Below are positions 26,801 through 40,796 of a DNA stretch of 64,000 bases, in pieces. The notes below the pieces were generated by a model. That model saw nothing but the letters and a program-made list of their open reading frames with translations, did not search any database and was not told the DNA's origin. The translations under genes were made by a program, and so were the position numbers. Source of the DNA: Azolla caroliniana (Eukaryota > Plantae > Polypodiophyta); the NCBI GenBank assembly GCA_043228905.1, contig JBHGNT010000007.1, positions 11,780,001 through 11,844,000 on the forward strand. Reading direction: 5' to 3'. Position 1 is the first letter of the stretch, and every line of letters begins with the position of its first letter.

Positions 26801-26901
26801 AACGGCTCCCTAGCTCACTGGCTCTGTTGCTTGTTGGCTTACTGATCCGTCTCGCTTGCCGGCTCAGGCTTATTCAGCCGATCCGGCTCCAGTTGAGCTT
26901 G
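17825..26901 (-). mobile_element. Ty1/copia family B, rearranged, containing copia-A copy 2
   Basis: LTRs at 17825-18223 and 26514-26901 (the latter lacks its outer 10 nt or so). PBS TGGTATCAGAGC (tRNA-iMet) at 26502-26513, PPT at 18224-18241. Gag at 25627-26421, PR DSGAS, INT to 24232. Confidence 0.92.
18350..23127 (+). mobile_element. Copia-A copy 2; 5' LTR and gag start deleted, 3' LTR at 22759-23127
   Basis: Begins mid-gag (AASTTARK). PR, INT, RT and RH carry stops. PPT and LTR are intact. Confidence 0.92.
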
Positions 26902-29900
26902 ACCCCCCCCCCCCAAATTTTGATTACTACGCCCACTAAAAAACAAATAATAATAAATAAGTACATAAAAAATAGGAAAAAGGAAAAGAGAGGAAAAAAA
27001 GGAAAAAAGAGTGAGAGCCCCCTTCCCCGCAACACAACTTTGGAAGATTCCGTCAATCATGGAAACACCATACATTGGCACTACCGAACACGTATCTCAA
27101 ACAGGCCCCTCGATCGATAAAGACCAAATGCAAGATCAAAACAATCCAAATAACGGATGTCCTGTTGAGATTAGTTTGAATAGCGACGGAATGCTTCTAC
27201 TTGAGCAGGAGATAGATCAACTCGAGCGCATAGTGGTCATATGCCGTGTGGTGGGATCACGGCCAAATAGAGGACTATTGCACGATATTTTGGATGACAA
27301 TTTTCATTCACAAGTCCAACCGCTTGGAAAAGGCTTCTATCAAATCGTTCTAGAGGACAAGGAGTCTGCAATGAACCTCATAACCATGTCTCCCTGTCAA
27401 GTTATTAATGCGTAAATGGACACATGGTTTTAACCCAGAGAAGGCAGCGCAACATGAGGATTCCATGAAAAAGTTAACAATGTTGTTTCCTAGATTATCC
27501 TTAGAATACAACATGTTACTTCCTATTATTGGCAACTCCTTTGTTATGATGTTGGATGAGGAACTAACGCTAGCGGACAGGCTAAAGAAGCACTTAGGCC
27601 CTCCTTCCCTCTATCTACCTATTGGTGCAGGACATCAACAAACTTCCCTCCAAGATCCTCATTCCTAGGGAAAACGACATGCGGATTGAACAACGCATAG
27701 AAGTGATTGGCGCACCGGGGCAATGTTTTGCATGGAAAAAACTTGGTCATTTAAAAAAGCACTGCCCCACAAGACGTATTAAAGATCCTATGAAGGAGAC
27801 TCTGGAAGGTTGGGACACCATAGGACATCAGAAGCCTCCCCCACCACGACCCGATAAGGCTGTGATGGAATGGTGAGTGGTGGGAAAAGCCCATGTCCTT
27901 CAGAAAACTCCACAGGCACAAAATCCTCCATCGCCAATGAGATCCAATCGATTTGCTCTACAACAAGAGCCCCCCCCCCCACGAACGAGCATTCCCCTAG
28001 TTCTTTCTTAAGCCCCAAGGAATGGCCTAAGGTGATACCAAGCACACAAGATAAAGTTCTCGTTAAAGCTTACAAAACAGGGAAGCAAAGAAGGATAAGT
28101 CATGTTGAGACCTTAATACGGAGCTTGAGTGGAACGGCACCCAATGAAGAAGCAACAAACCAAGGCAGACGTTTGAATGTCACGCCTCATATCATAGTCT
28201 TCCCGGACACAAATGAATGTGATTCCTCTAGCCAAGACCTTGAACCACACCCGCAAAACGCCTTGAAATGGCTAGGTATTGGGCACAAGACAGTGAAAAA
28301 ATAAGGGTACATGTATTAGCAGTACACAATAATGGAGTTCCGACGACCTCAAACTCCTTTCCACTCTTGCTTCCAACACAAGAAGATTGGCCGAAATCCA
28401 AGATTAAAGATACGCTATGTAGCCAAGCAAAATGCTTTGTAGCAAATATAAGTGATGAAGAACTCATGAACGAACTAAAGCAGCATTGACATAACACTGA
28501 ATTCTGGTGCACCATGGATGAAGAGGAACCTCATCTCTGCCACATCCACTTGCAAACTATCATAGACACCCAACTAACTCCAAACTTTTTCTATTTCTAT
28601 GAGAAGCATGAAGGGGCGATTGAAGCTCACATGATAGCCCACAAACTCCACTCATGGATGTGGACCATCATTCCATCAATGGAAATGACTGGCTGCCTAA
28701 ATGGTGAGTGCTCCCCACTCACGGCATGTTGTGCAAAGCATCAAGGACAAATCTCCCACTCCATTTCATGATTATGAAGATTGTAACATGGAATGTGCAA
28801 GGGCTCAAGAATCGACTAGACCTGCAAGGCAGATGGAAACTGAGAAGAGATCTTGAGGAATATATATTAGGGGGTGTTGTTGACATGATCATGTTGCAAG
28901 AACACCACCTTGATAGTACTCGTTTAAAGGTAGTCGGAGATCTTTTACCAGTATCATGGCAAACAATTTGGGAGCCAACAATAGGGGAGGATGGAAATCA
29001 TGGTGGTATTTGCACTCTAATTCGGGATCATCTAGCCCAAGGCTTCATACACCAGGAATCACTTATACCTGGTAGGGCACATTTTTGCACGTTGGCCATC
29101 CAAGGGCAACGCTGGAATTTCATGAATGTTTATGCTCCAAATAGCCGAACAGAAAGGGCAACATTCTAGGAACGCATCTGCCTATAAGTAGCAGGTATGG
29201 AAGAGTGGTGCATTGGAGGGGATTTTAATATGATCGAATCCATTCACAACCCATAGTTCTACAAGGAAGGGAATGTAAACAACAGGAGAAGCTATGTGTA
29301 CACCTTAACCTGCGAGACATCTGGCATTTTGACAACTTCCAACGAAAAAGGGACTCTCTCTTATTCTCCCGATCAGACGGGCGGAATAGTGGACCCACCC
29401 TTTCCCACATTGACCACATTTATGTGGGCGAAGCTCTAGAAGCGAAGGGAGGGTGGGGTCGCATAACTCCAGGCACGACTTTCTCTGACCATTACCCGGT
29501 AATCGGTCATTTTCAATTGCACCAAAAATGGGGCCCATTCCAACCTCGCATCCCACACACTATCTACACAATTATAGAGGTGAAGGAACAACTCTACAAC
29601 AAATGGTCATTACCTGTCAATGTCTCATTAGCATATGACAAACTTCTACTAAATTAACAAGAGCTTCAACTGTCCTACATGAGTTTGTCAAGACCAGAAG
29701 CAAGGATGCTCAAGAAAAGCGACAGAGGACAAAACGGGGACTAATAGCCTTACAACGACTCCAACAAAGATACAAGTCATGTAGTTGGATTGCAGGACAA
29801 GTTGCCATGGCCAAACATGAACTCAGCATGGCAGAAAAGGAAATATACGACATTGAGTTTCATGGAAGCATGGCGCGATGCATTAGAGTAGGGGACAAAA

Positions 29901-32635
29901 CCACAAAGGAATTCTTCCGCTCCAAAGGCCCGAGGCACGCTCAATGATGTGTAACCTCAACCGAGTGGATGGAACGACAACTAAGGATGGGGACGAAATG
30001 AGGAATATTTCCACAGGTTACTATAAGCACCTACTTACCGAAGATACTATGGCCATAGGGGAAGACATAAGAGAAGATATTATCCTCCAAAGCATACCCA
30101 AGAAAGTCACGACGGAAATGAATACATGGCTCGTGCGTCCCCTATCAACCATCGAGATATGGGTGGCCCTCTCTGATTTGGATGTAGATAGTTGCCCCGG
30201 AATCGACAGCCTCACCCCTCACTTTTCCACATGCCTTTGGGACACTATTAAAGAATACCTCCTCCAGGCATATGAGGAGATCATCGCGTCTAGAAACATG
30301 CCGGAGGAATTTGGACAAGGGATGATACATCTCATTCCTAAAAGTGCTAGTAGTGCCAATGACATTAGCAAGTGGTGGCCCATAACTTTTCTCAATATTG
30401 TCTATAAGTTTCTCACAAAAATCGTGGCATGCCGGTTAACACCTCTTCTCCCTCAACTCATTAATCCTTCCCAGATAGGTTTCATTAGAAATCGGAGCAT
30501 CGTAGAAAACCTCTTCTCATTCTGGGAAGTAGTAGCCCTTGCCAAGCATACCAACAACAAGGTAGCAGTGGTGCTACTAGATTTTGAGAAAGCATATGAC
30601 ACAGGGTTTGTTTGAACTTTCTTGGAAGTGTGATGGGGAAACTCGGCTTTCAAGAGACATGGATCAAAGGCATTGCAAGACTTTAAAGGAATGACCATAA
30701 TTGCATTTCAGTGGCAGGTGAAAGGGACCCCTTTTTCCGAATATCCCGATCTGTACGACAGGGATGCCCACTAGCTCCATCCTTATTTCAATTATATGCC
30801 AAAGCACTCTCTTGCTTTCTCAACTCGCGGAATTTCAACCTACGTGGTCTTCCCGTGCCTCATTCTCATCAAAGCATCCTGGATATAGAATTTGCAAATG
30901 ACACAACGGTCTACCTGCAAGGGGACTTGGAAAACCTACAAAAGCTCGAAAGTGGGTTAGCTGTATTTTGCAAGAGATCTAATGCCATGGTCAATTGGCA
31001 CAAATCCTGTGCAATATGGCTTTCTCATGAAACACATCTTGCGTGGCACCCACATCCCGCTTTCAAATGGATCAATCAAGGAGCGAGCACCAAATATTTG
31101 GGTTTCCAAATTGGTTTCAACATACCGCCGGAGACTTTGATTGCACCCGTTATCCATTTCATTCGACAAAATTGATACATTGGAGTTCGAAAAAACTGTC
31201 GCTAGCGGGTCGCATCATAGTGGCAAACCAAGTACTACTCGCAACAACATGGTACAATCTATCATGTTGGACAATCTCCAAGGACAGTATACATCAGATT
31301 CAATGACTGGTACACAACTACATTTGGTCTGGTAAGGAAGATCATGTAACTCGCGCCAAGGTGGCATGGCCTATACTCACAACACCTAAGTCGAGAGGGG
31401 GATTGGGTCTAGTTGATCCCCTTTCACAATCAAAAGCCTTACTTGCCAAATTTGTGGTGCGAGGACTCCAACCAAGAAATGACTGTTGGAAAATGCTACT
31501 GCGGTTACGTTTCACTTACTTTAGGCCACGAAAAGGGGTTACCTAGGCCCCCCAAATGGGATGGATTCTAAACATAGATCTCAAACCTAGTTTCTCCTGC
31601 CAATTGGAGGATAGATTCAGTGCATCCATGTGGAAGGCATGGTGTGACATTAGACGAGGGCTCAAGTGTGATCAACCGAGTTCCGAACCTGCCTGGCTCA
31701 GTCAATGTATCCTATGGAACCCATGTATCAAGAATGAATCTAATCAACTGCTTGGATCAAGTAAGGGGTTGTCATGGGGATACATTGCAGAAGGTCCGAG
31801 AAAAAGTATGGAATGTTGTTGACGGTTTATGTCACTACCACTACAAGATCAAGCCAACATATTCCATGGCATCAGGGGCGGATGGACTATGAGATCGAAA
31901 ATCAATACCGCTCTACTGATTAGGGAAGCTGCTACTCATAGGATGATAATGGAGAAATGGATAGGTTACGAGGAGGAGGAATCTTTGATCCCAAGAGGTA
32001 GGGGATCACCAGACAGGATCGAAGGCTCTGAATTGCGAGACATTGAGACACCAACACAAAATAACGCAATTCGAGTACTCACGTATATAGTCATAAATGA
32101 ATTGTAGATCCTGGTCCGATCAAAGTACAACCCGATTGACACATATGTACTCATGAAAACACATGGCTACGTAAGGTCAATTGGGACCCTTTGTAATGGA
32201 CATGGTGTGATCCTTACGAGGAGTAAGGAAGCAAACCCATCCCTTTCTTCCAATTCACAACTAGATTGGGTTGCCACATCCTATATACTCAAACTGCCCG
32301 AGAGCCTGCTGCTGCAAAGGTCTGGGTCACATATCAAGTTCCTCACACAATTATCACCAAGTTTTGGCAGAAAATCTGGAAACAACAACACGTGAGGTGA
32401 ATTACCACGTTCCAATGGCCATTAATACATAAGTCACTACTGCTTGGAGCATGGCAACGTGGGAACCTTAGCTCTCCTAATTATGTAGAGTGTCCAAATG
32501 CAGTAGAATCAATATGACACGCTCTGTGGGACTGCCCAACGTCCCATTGAATATGGCAGGGGGTTGGCCGCTTGTTGCAATTATGCCAGGTGCAAGGCTC
32601 AATCAAGTGGGCAAATATATGTTGGTTATCATGGC

Positions 32636-35600
32636 TGTAAAAAGTAGCGTGTGGAAGCAGGTATGAAGACGGAACAGAAGGAAGGAAACTCAGGTTCAAT
32701 GGAGAGCTTGAGCTTACGCAGTATACGCGAGAGAGAGTGAGAGAGAAGACACAAAAAATATATTCAACAATAATACTCAATCTGTATATAAGACGTGCTC
32801 AGTGAACACTTTTATACAAGTCCTACAAGGACTGACCGAAGTACTGACAGTACTTCAATGCTCATCAAGAGCTCCTACACTAACTCCCAAATATATTCCT
32901 CACAGAATATCTTTCCTAACGACCTCCCGGTTTACGCACTCGGCCTAACCGATCGATCCCAACCGATCCGGTCCTCGGCTTCTTCAGCTGATCCGGCCGA
33001 TGTTGAGCTTGTCTCTCAACACTCCCCCTCAAGCTCAACTTGAGGCTCTTCGGGATCCTCGGGCTCACAGCTCCGGTTCCTCCTGGCTTCACGCCTCGCT
33101 CGCGCTCCTCGACCTGTTCAACTCCGCGCGCTTCGACCCTTCCGGTCGGCTTGTCTGCTCATGCGGCCCTTATCAGCTCTTCGGTTGTTGCGGTGTTGAC
33201 GCTTCTCCTGCTGCCTTTTCTTCCACTTGGGCTTCGGTTGATTCAGCGTGTCTGAATCAAACATCCGAACCGACTCGGTTACCTCCGATCAGTTTTCGCT
33301 CTCGTCCGAGTTGGCTATCTCCAACTCGTCTTCAGTCTTCTCGCCTTTGATGGCGTCATCTTCCCCATGCGTGGTTGGCTTCGGCTCTCTCCTTCGGCTG
33401 CTCCCCTTTTGTCCTCTTCCGAACTTTTCCGCGGGTCCGCCCTCGGCTTCTTCAGCCGATCCGAAGTCGAACTTGTCAACTGAGTCGGTGTCACGGTGTC
33501 CGCTCCTTTCCTGCTGCCTTGCTTGGTCGTTCGGGACTGTTCTCCCCCTCAAGTTCGGCACGTCGAGGTGACGCAATCCAAGTGCACCGGAGAATTGCCG
33601 CAACTTGTCAAAACCAAGAGGCTTTGTGAAGATGTCCGCAGTCTGCCGATCCGTCGGCACGTACTGAAGTTCGACTTCACCGTAAAGGACACGCTCACGG
33701 ACGAAATGGTAATGCACCGCAATGTGCTTGGTCCGTGCGAGGAAAACATTGTTCTTCGCGAGCTGGATGCTGCTGAGGTTGTCGCAGTAGATCGTTGTCG
33801 GATCTGACACCTCCTCTTGCAGGTCCTTAAGTAGCCGCGTCAACCATATGGCTTCGCATGTCGCCACAGCCGCTCCTCGGTACTCAGCTTCGGTGCTCGA
33901 CAGGGCAACTGTCGGCTGCTTCTTACTGCCCCATGCGATCGCGACACTACCGAGGGAGAACGTGTATCCGGACGTGGATCGGCGATCGACGACATTGGCA
34001 GCCCAATCAACATTGGTGTAGCCAACTAAATGCGTGGCTGCACCGGTCCGATATAGCAGTCCTCGGTCCTTAGTGCCACTTACGTACCGCAGTACGCGTT
34101 GCGCACACTGAAGGTGCTCCTCGGTAGGTCGCGCCATGAACTGACTGATCACCCCGACCGGATAACTGAGGTCGGGTTGGGTGATGGTCAAGTATATGAG
34201 GCTTCCGACAATTTGTCGGAACCTCATCGGGTCGCATACCTTTCCCGTATCGGGACGAAGCTTGATGGTTCTATCTAGAGGAGTCGAGACGGACTTACAG
34301 TCGGCCATCCCGAATTTGAAGAGCATACTCAACACGTAATGGCGTTGGCTGATCAATATGCCTTCGGGGGTACGGATCACTTCGATCCCGAGGAAGTAAT
34401 GAAGGTCCCCCAGATCCTTCATGTCAAACGATGCCGCAAGATGGAGCTTCACGCGGTCGATTTCATCTAGGTCGGCGCCGGTGATGACCAAGTCATCAAC
34501 ATATAGTAGAATACTAACCGGTCCGAGTCGACCTTTCCGCATGAACAGGGAAGAGTCCGATTTTGACATGACGAAGCCCATCCGACGCAGTTGTTGCGTG
34601 ATCTTCGCGTTCCAGGCACGCGGGGCTTGCTTCAGTCCGTAAAGGGACTTCTTCAGTCGGCATACTGCCGAGGAGTTCGTTCCGGAGTGAAATCCGGGGG
34701 CCTGTACCATGTACACCTGTTCCTCAAGGTCACCTTGCAAGATCGTCATTTTCGCGACCGGCGCAAACGTCTCATCGTAGTCGATGCCGTGTTTCTGCGC
34801 ATAGCCCTTTGCCACCAACCGAGCCTTGTACCGGTTGACCGAGCCATCGGTGTTGTACTTGACTTTGTACACCCATCTACACCCGATCGGCTTCACACCC
34901 TTTGGTGCGTCAACCAGGTCCCAGGTCTCGTTCTCCGCCAATGCGTGCATCTCTTCCTCCATCGCGGCGCGCCAATTCGCGTCCTTCGCCGCTTCTGCGT
35001 AGATCTCCGGCTCACGCACTTCCGCTACACGGGTCATGTACGCATAATGATGCGCCATGTACTCGTTGTATCCTAACCGCAAAACAAGATTCTTCTGGCG
35101 GGTAGATCGGCGTAACCTCACATCAGCCGATGTCGAGGCCTTCTCGGTCGACACGCTCTTCAGCTTTAAAGACCCGTCACCGGTTCCCTCGGAGTCGAAC
35201 TCGCGTCGGTCTGACTCATTCCTATCCGTGCCGGAATCCGACACCTTCTTCTTCCCTTTCTCATTGCGTGTAAGCCGTCTCCTCGGCTTCCTGCGCAAGG
35301 AATGCACGGCCGAGTCTCCACTACTCGTCGGCTCTTCATCGGACTGGTCGTACCGACTCAGTCGTCCAATCAGTCCACTTAACCGGAGTGAAATCGGGCT
35401 CTCGCTGCGGGTCTCGATTTCGGGCTCATCCGGAGGCATCTCGGCCTCGCTGACCTCATCTTCAGAGCTCGGATTAGAGTCGAGGTTCGTAGTCGGGGGG
35501 AGGTACCAGAACGCGGACTCGTCAAAAACAACATCGCGGCTGACACCCGCTTGTTTGGTGCGAGGGTTATAGCACTTATAACCCTTCTGCTCGTCCGAGT

Positions 35601-38234
35601 AACCGACCAAGATGCATTTCTCGGACTTTGCGTCCAGCTTCCTCCTTTTCTCCTTCGGTATATGCACATACGCAATGCTACCGAACACCCTCAAGTGTCG
35701 CAAGTTCGGCTTTGTTTCGAAATATAGCTCGTGCGCTGACACTTTGTCTCCAATCCGGTTCTGGATGTATACCGCGGTCCTTACCGCCTCGGCCCAATAG
35801 AACTTGGGCAAGCTCTTCTCCTCTAGCATTGCCCGTACCGCTTCCACAACTGACCGATTCTTCCTCTCGGCCACGCCGTTCTGCTCTGGCGTGTATCTAC
35901 AACTGAATTCACGGCGAATTCCCATTTGTTGTAGATAACCGTTGAATTGACCGGAAAAGTACTCTTTCCCGCCATCCGACCGTAGGCACTTGATCTTTCG
36001 TCCCGTTTCCGTTTCCACGAACCCTTTGAGGTCCCGGAAACAGTCGAAGACTTCGCTCTTCCTCTCAATGAGGTAGATCCACATGTGCCGCGTGTGGTCT
36101 CAATGAAGGAGACGAAATATCGGCTCCCGCCAAGACTAACGTTTTGTGCCGGCCCCCATACATCGGAGTGTATAAGGTCGAGCTTGTTCCGGCTCCGGTT
36201 TCGCTCGTTGGGGAAGGGAAGCCGATGTTGCTTCCCAAGCTGGCAGGCTTCACAAATTTGTGCCTTTCGGCCACTAAATTTGGGCAATCCAAACACTACC
36301 TATTTCGATTGCAGATCTTGAAGCCGCTGGTAGTTGACGTGGCCTATCCGCTTGTGCCACAAGTCGATGTCCGACCCGGCTTTTTGTCCCTTCGCGAACA
36401 TTGCGGTGCCGCCGTCAGTGGAATCGAGGATGAACATCCTCCCGTCTCTGTGCCCTTGCGCAATCACACGGCATTCTTCCTCAATGAAGCACCCGAGGTG
36501 TGTAAACCGAACCTCCATCCCTTGGTCGACGATCTGTCCGACCGAGACCAAGTTTTTCGTGATTGTCGGGACGTGCAGCACGTTCATGAGTTTCCATTTC
36601 TGCCCGACATGGCTAAGGGGAACTTCTCCGACATTCGCGATCGGATGCGGAGTGTCTTCTCCAGTTGCGACTACTCCAGGTTGGATCGGTTTTCAAGGTA
36701 CGAGAACCACTCCTTATGGCTCATCATGTGGTTTGACGCGCCGGAGTCTACGTACCACACCTCATCCGATCTCGGGGTGGCCTGTTTCATTGAGTTTGCT
36801 TCGTGTCTCTTCACGAAGGCAGTCCCTTCTCCGGCTCTCCCGGAGTCTTCGGCGTAGTACGATTGCTACCGATTTCCCTTGTCGGTATGTCTAGAGCCAT
36901 TCCCGGAACCAGTTCTCTCCAAATCGGCGCGCTTCTTCCAGCACTCACTTTCCCTGTGGCCTTTCTTGCCACAGTACCAGCACTCCGCGATGGCCTTCCC
37001 TTGCCGGTACTCATCGCTTCGACTCCCCCTGTTTCCGGATGGTCCGGAGTTGCTGTCGGCATCACTTCGGTGCCTTCTTCCTTGATCTCGTCGGCCGCCT
37101 CCATTGCGTGCTGACTCGCCTCGTCCTCCACGTCCACGGGGCCTATCTCCCTCCGTGTACAGCATTCTGCTATTGGTGTGCGTGCTTGTCGATGCACCCG
37201 CGTGGTTCTCCTCTACCAGGAGCATCGACTGTAAGTCGAAAAAGGACGGTGTATTCTCTCGGGTACACACAGCCGTTCAGAACACTCTGAACTTCGACGC
37301 CAAACCTCCGAGACAGATCTGGACCATCTCGCTCTCCTCGATGTTCACCTCTATGGAGGCGAGGGAGTCGCAGATATCCTTGATCTTCGAGGTGTAGTCC
37401 GCCACCGACAAGTCGCGTTGTCGTAGGTTGCTCAACTCCTGTCGGAGCTGAAGCTTCCTGGCTGTGGTGCTCGCGGCGAAAATCTTCTTCAGATTTTCCC
37501 ACGCACCCTTCGGCGTCTTTGCATCCCGAACATAGCTCAATAGTTGTTCGCCCACACACGATGTGAAGCAGTACAATACCCTGCTCGTCGATTGCTCCCA
37601 CGACGAGAAGTCTCTGTGTGTCGATTCGGGTGCCGCGTCATTAGCTCCTTTGACATAACTCCAGTAGCCGTGCCCGAGCAGGTACTGGTGCATCTTGTAA
37701 GACCAAGACGCGTAGTTGGTTCTGTCGAGCTTCTCTGTTGGAAGCGAGCTCGCCATGCCCCTATCCATCGTTCTTCTGGTTCTTCTTCGTCAAGCTGTAT
37801 CGGCTGCAGAGAGGTTCTCAACCCTCGCACTCTGATACCATGTAAAAAGTAGCGTGCGGAAGCAGGTATGAAGACGGAACAGAAGGAAGGAAACTCAGGT
37901 ACAATGGAGAGCTTGAGCTTACGCAATATACGCGGGAGAGACAGAGAGAGTGAGAGAGAAGACACAAAAAATATATTCAACAATAATACTCAGTCTGTAT
38001 ATAAGACGTGCTCAGTGAACACTTTTATACAAGTCCTACAAGGACTGACCGAAGTACTGACAGTACTTCAATGCTCATCAAGAGCTCCTACACTAACTCC
38101 CAAATATATTCCTCACGGAATATCTTTCCTAACGACCTCCCGGTTTACACACTCGGCCTAACCGATCGGTCCCAACCGATCCGGTCCTCGGCTTCTTCAG
38201 CCGATCCGGCCGATGTTGAGCTTGTCTCTCAACA
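32636..38234 (-). mobile_element. Copia-A copy 3, full length
   Basis: LTRs at 32636-33021 and 37841-38234. Perfect 5-bp TSD ATGGC, PBS at 37829-37840, PPT at 33022-33039. Confidence 0.97.
33289..36084 (-). pseudogene. Copia pol ORF remnant (INT-RT-RH plus tail, 931 aa), probably inactive
   Basis: An in-frame deletion (KMTI|LQGDLEE) removes the QMDVKNAF catalytic motif. Frameshifts lie upstream. Confidence 0.88.
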
Positions 38235-38719
38235 ATGGCAGACCCCAGTTGGCATATACGAGCATTAGGAGGAGGTGATGACTTTGGTGATAAAAGCACA
38301 AGAGGTTTTTTTCTCCACCATCGGCAATGTCCACTCAACTCCTCTTAATGACAAATCTCAAGCTGTGTTGGTATTGGTCAGCCCAATAACTCTTTGGATT
38401 CTATGGAAACAACGGTGTAGAAGGGTCTTCTCCAACCAAACCGCGCATCCAACAATGTTATTGCAAGAGATATGGAGTGAAATTGTAGCCACTCTAAAGA
38501 GCCAATATGATGGCCTCAAGGGCAGCTCCGATGGAGTTGAAAGACAACGAATAGCCTTCATCCAACAATGGTCGTCCTCTCCCTTTCTTGAGTCAGTGGG
38601 CATCCACATAAGATGGAACTATCACGTCCCTACAGGGATTTGTACATAATCATCTCATTTGCAAAATTTTATAACTAATCGACGGAGTTTTTTTGGGAAA
38701 TAAAAAAGAAAAGAAATAC

Positions 38720-40680
38720 CAAGCACAAAAATATACATACATAAATAAATTACATATTATATATACACATACACATAAATATATAAGATTACATATTATA
38801 TGTATTACAAATTCACATACATACAAACAAGTTACATATATTACACACACAAGCACGCATAAATAAATTACATACTACATATTATATGATATACAAATTT
38901 AAATACACACACATACATACATATTCTACATCTCCCCATATATATAGGTTATACGAAACCATACAAACTACAATACTTACATACATATATAAATTCATAC
39001 ACACATTAGATATATGTATACTTACACATACATCAGATGTATACATGTATATTATATGAATATTACAAACATACATCCATATATGACCTATACACATACT
39101 AAACATTAAAATACACTGAAAATATACATACATAAAGACATTACATATATATGCATACATACATTCATACATTGCTACACATATATATGTATGTATGCCT
39201 ACAATGTCACGCATATAAACATACATCCATACACATACATACATACATTACATGCAAGCATACACATACATACATTACATCATACATGTATGCATACACA
39301 TAGATATATTACATGCATGCATACACATACATGTATATGTTCCATATATATGTACATATATATCACCACATACACACACACACAGTCATACACACTACAA
39401 TAGTCATATACATACACATACATACATTAGATATATACATACATATTATGCACATTGCACAAATTACAAGCACACATCCATACACATTGAATCAGGTAAA
39501 TTGACAGATGCATATATGCATAAACATACATACACACATTACATATGTTCCATGAACATACATATTCCACATATCACCGCATATATAGGTCATACGGGGT
39601 CATACAAACTACATTACTTACACACACACACACATACATATATTGGATATATGCATACATATTATGTGCATATTGCAAACATACATCTAAATATGAGCCA
39701 TACACATACAAAATACTAAAATATCCCGAAATTATACATACATAAATACATTATATATTACATATATACATATACGTACATTTGTACATGGACATACATA
39801 TATGCATTCATACATTGCTACATGTATATACGTTCATATGCCTACAATTATACACGTATAAATTTACAAACATACGTCCATACACATACACACATATATG
39901 CATCACATACATATGTACATACATATTCCACATATAACCATATATACATATAGGTCATACGGGGTCATACAAACTACAATACGTACATAATATATACATA
40001 TTGCAAAGAGACATCCACACACACATGTATGCATACACAGACAAACATATGTATACATTACATATTACATATATAACATATGTACATTCATATATTCATT
40101 GAACACATAATGGATACAATATAAACATCTAAAGTTACGCACAATGTCATGTCATATATAGAATACATACAACACATACATACATACATACACATATCCC
40201 ATACATACAATGCAATATGTATATACAATAGATACATCATACAATTAATACAATACAACATGCACATATATACACAGTTACAAATGTACACATATCACAC
40301 ACACACACACACACACACACGCAATACAATACATACGCATGTATATATAGAATAGACACACACATATATACAGATGTATATACACATATGTATATACAAC
40401 ATACAATCACATAACACACACATACATATGCACATGCCATACCAATAATTCTGCACATGGCATACCAATAATTCATACAAATTACAATACATCATATGCA
40501 CATGTACAAAACATACACACACATAACACATACATACATATGCACATGCCACACATACAACACATGGAGTACAATACATACATATGCACATGTATAAAGC
40601 ATAACACACACACAAATATAGATATCCACATACATAAACATGCACATGTATAGAACATACATACACAAAATAGAACACTC
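38720..40680. repeat. Strand-biased (TA/CA/TACA) low-complexity tract; similar tracts at 12480-12860 and 16935-17140
   Basis: G-poor top strand. Internal duplications such as ATATAGGTCATACGGGGTCATACAAACTACA at about 39582 and 39948. Confidence 0.85.
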
Positions 40681-40796
40681 TTTTTAAAACGCGTCTCAAA
40701 GCCATGCTAATTGTTTTTAAAAAAATGGGAGAAGAAAGGGCGGGAGATTAGATATGTGGTGTGTTTTTGTAAAAACTAGGGGGGAAAAGGAGAGAG

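Larger units (their letters stand above)
27011..38715 (+). mobile_element. Near full-length L1-like LINE (ORF1 and ORF2), degenerate, split by copia-A copy 3
   Basis: ORF1-like region with a CCHC remnant (QCFAWKKLGHLKKHC). APE motifs TWNVQG / QEHH / NVYAPN / GGDFN / SDH. RT motifs LDFEKAYD / RQGCPLAP / FANDT. zf-RVT near 32480-32550. C-terminus at 38240-38649 and A-rich tail at about 38698-38717. Confidence 0.92.

Noticed and set aside
38650-40705. His/Ile/Tyr/Cys-rich ORFs
   Set aside because: Translation of low-complexity TA/CA sequence.
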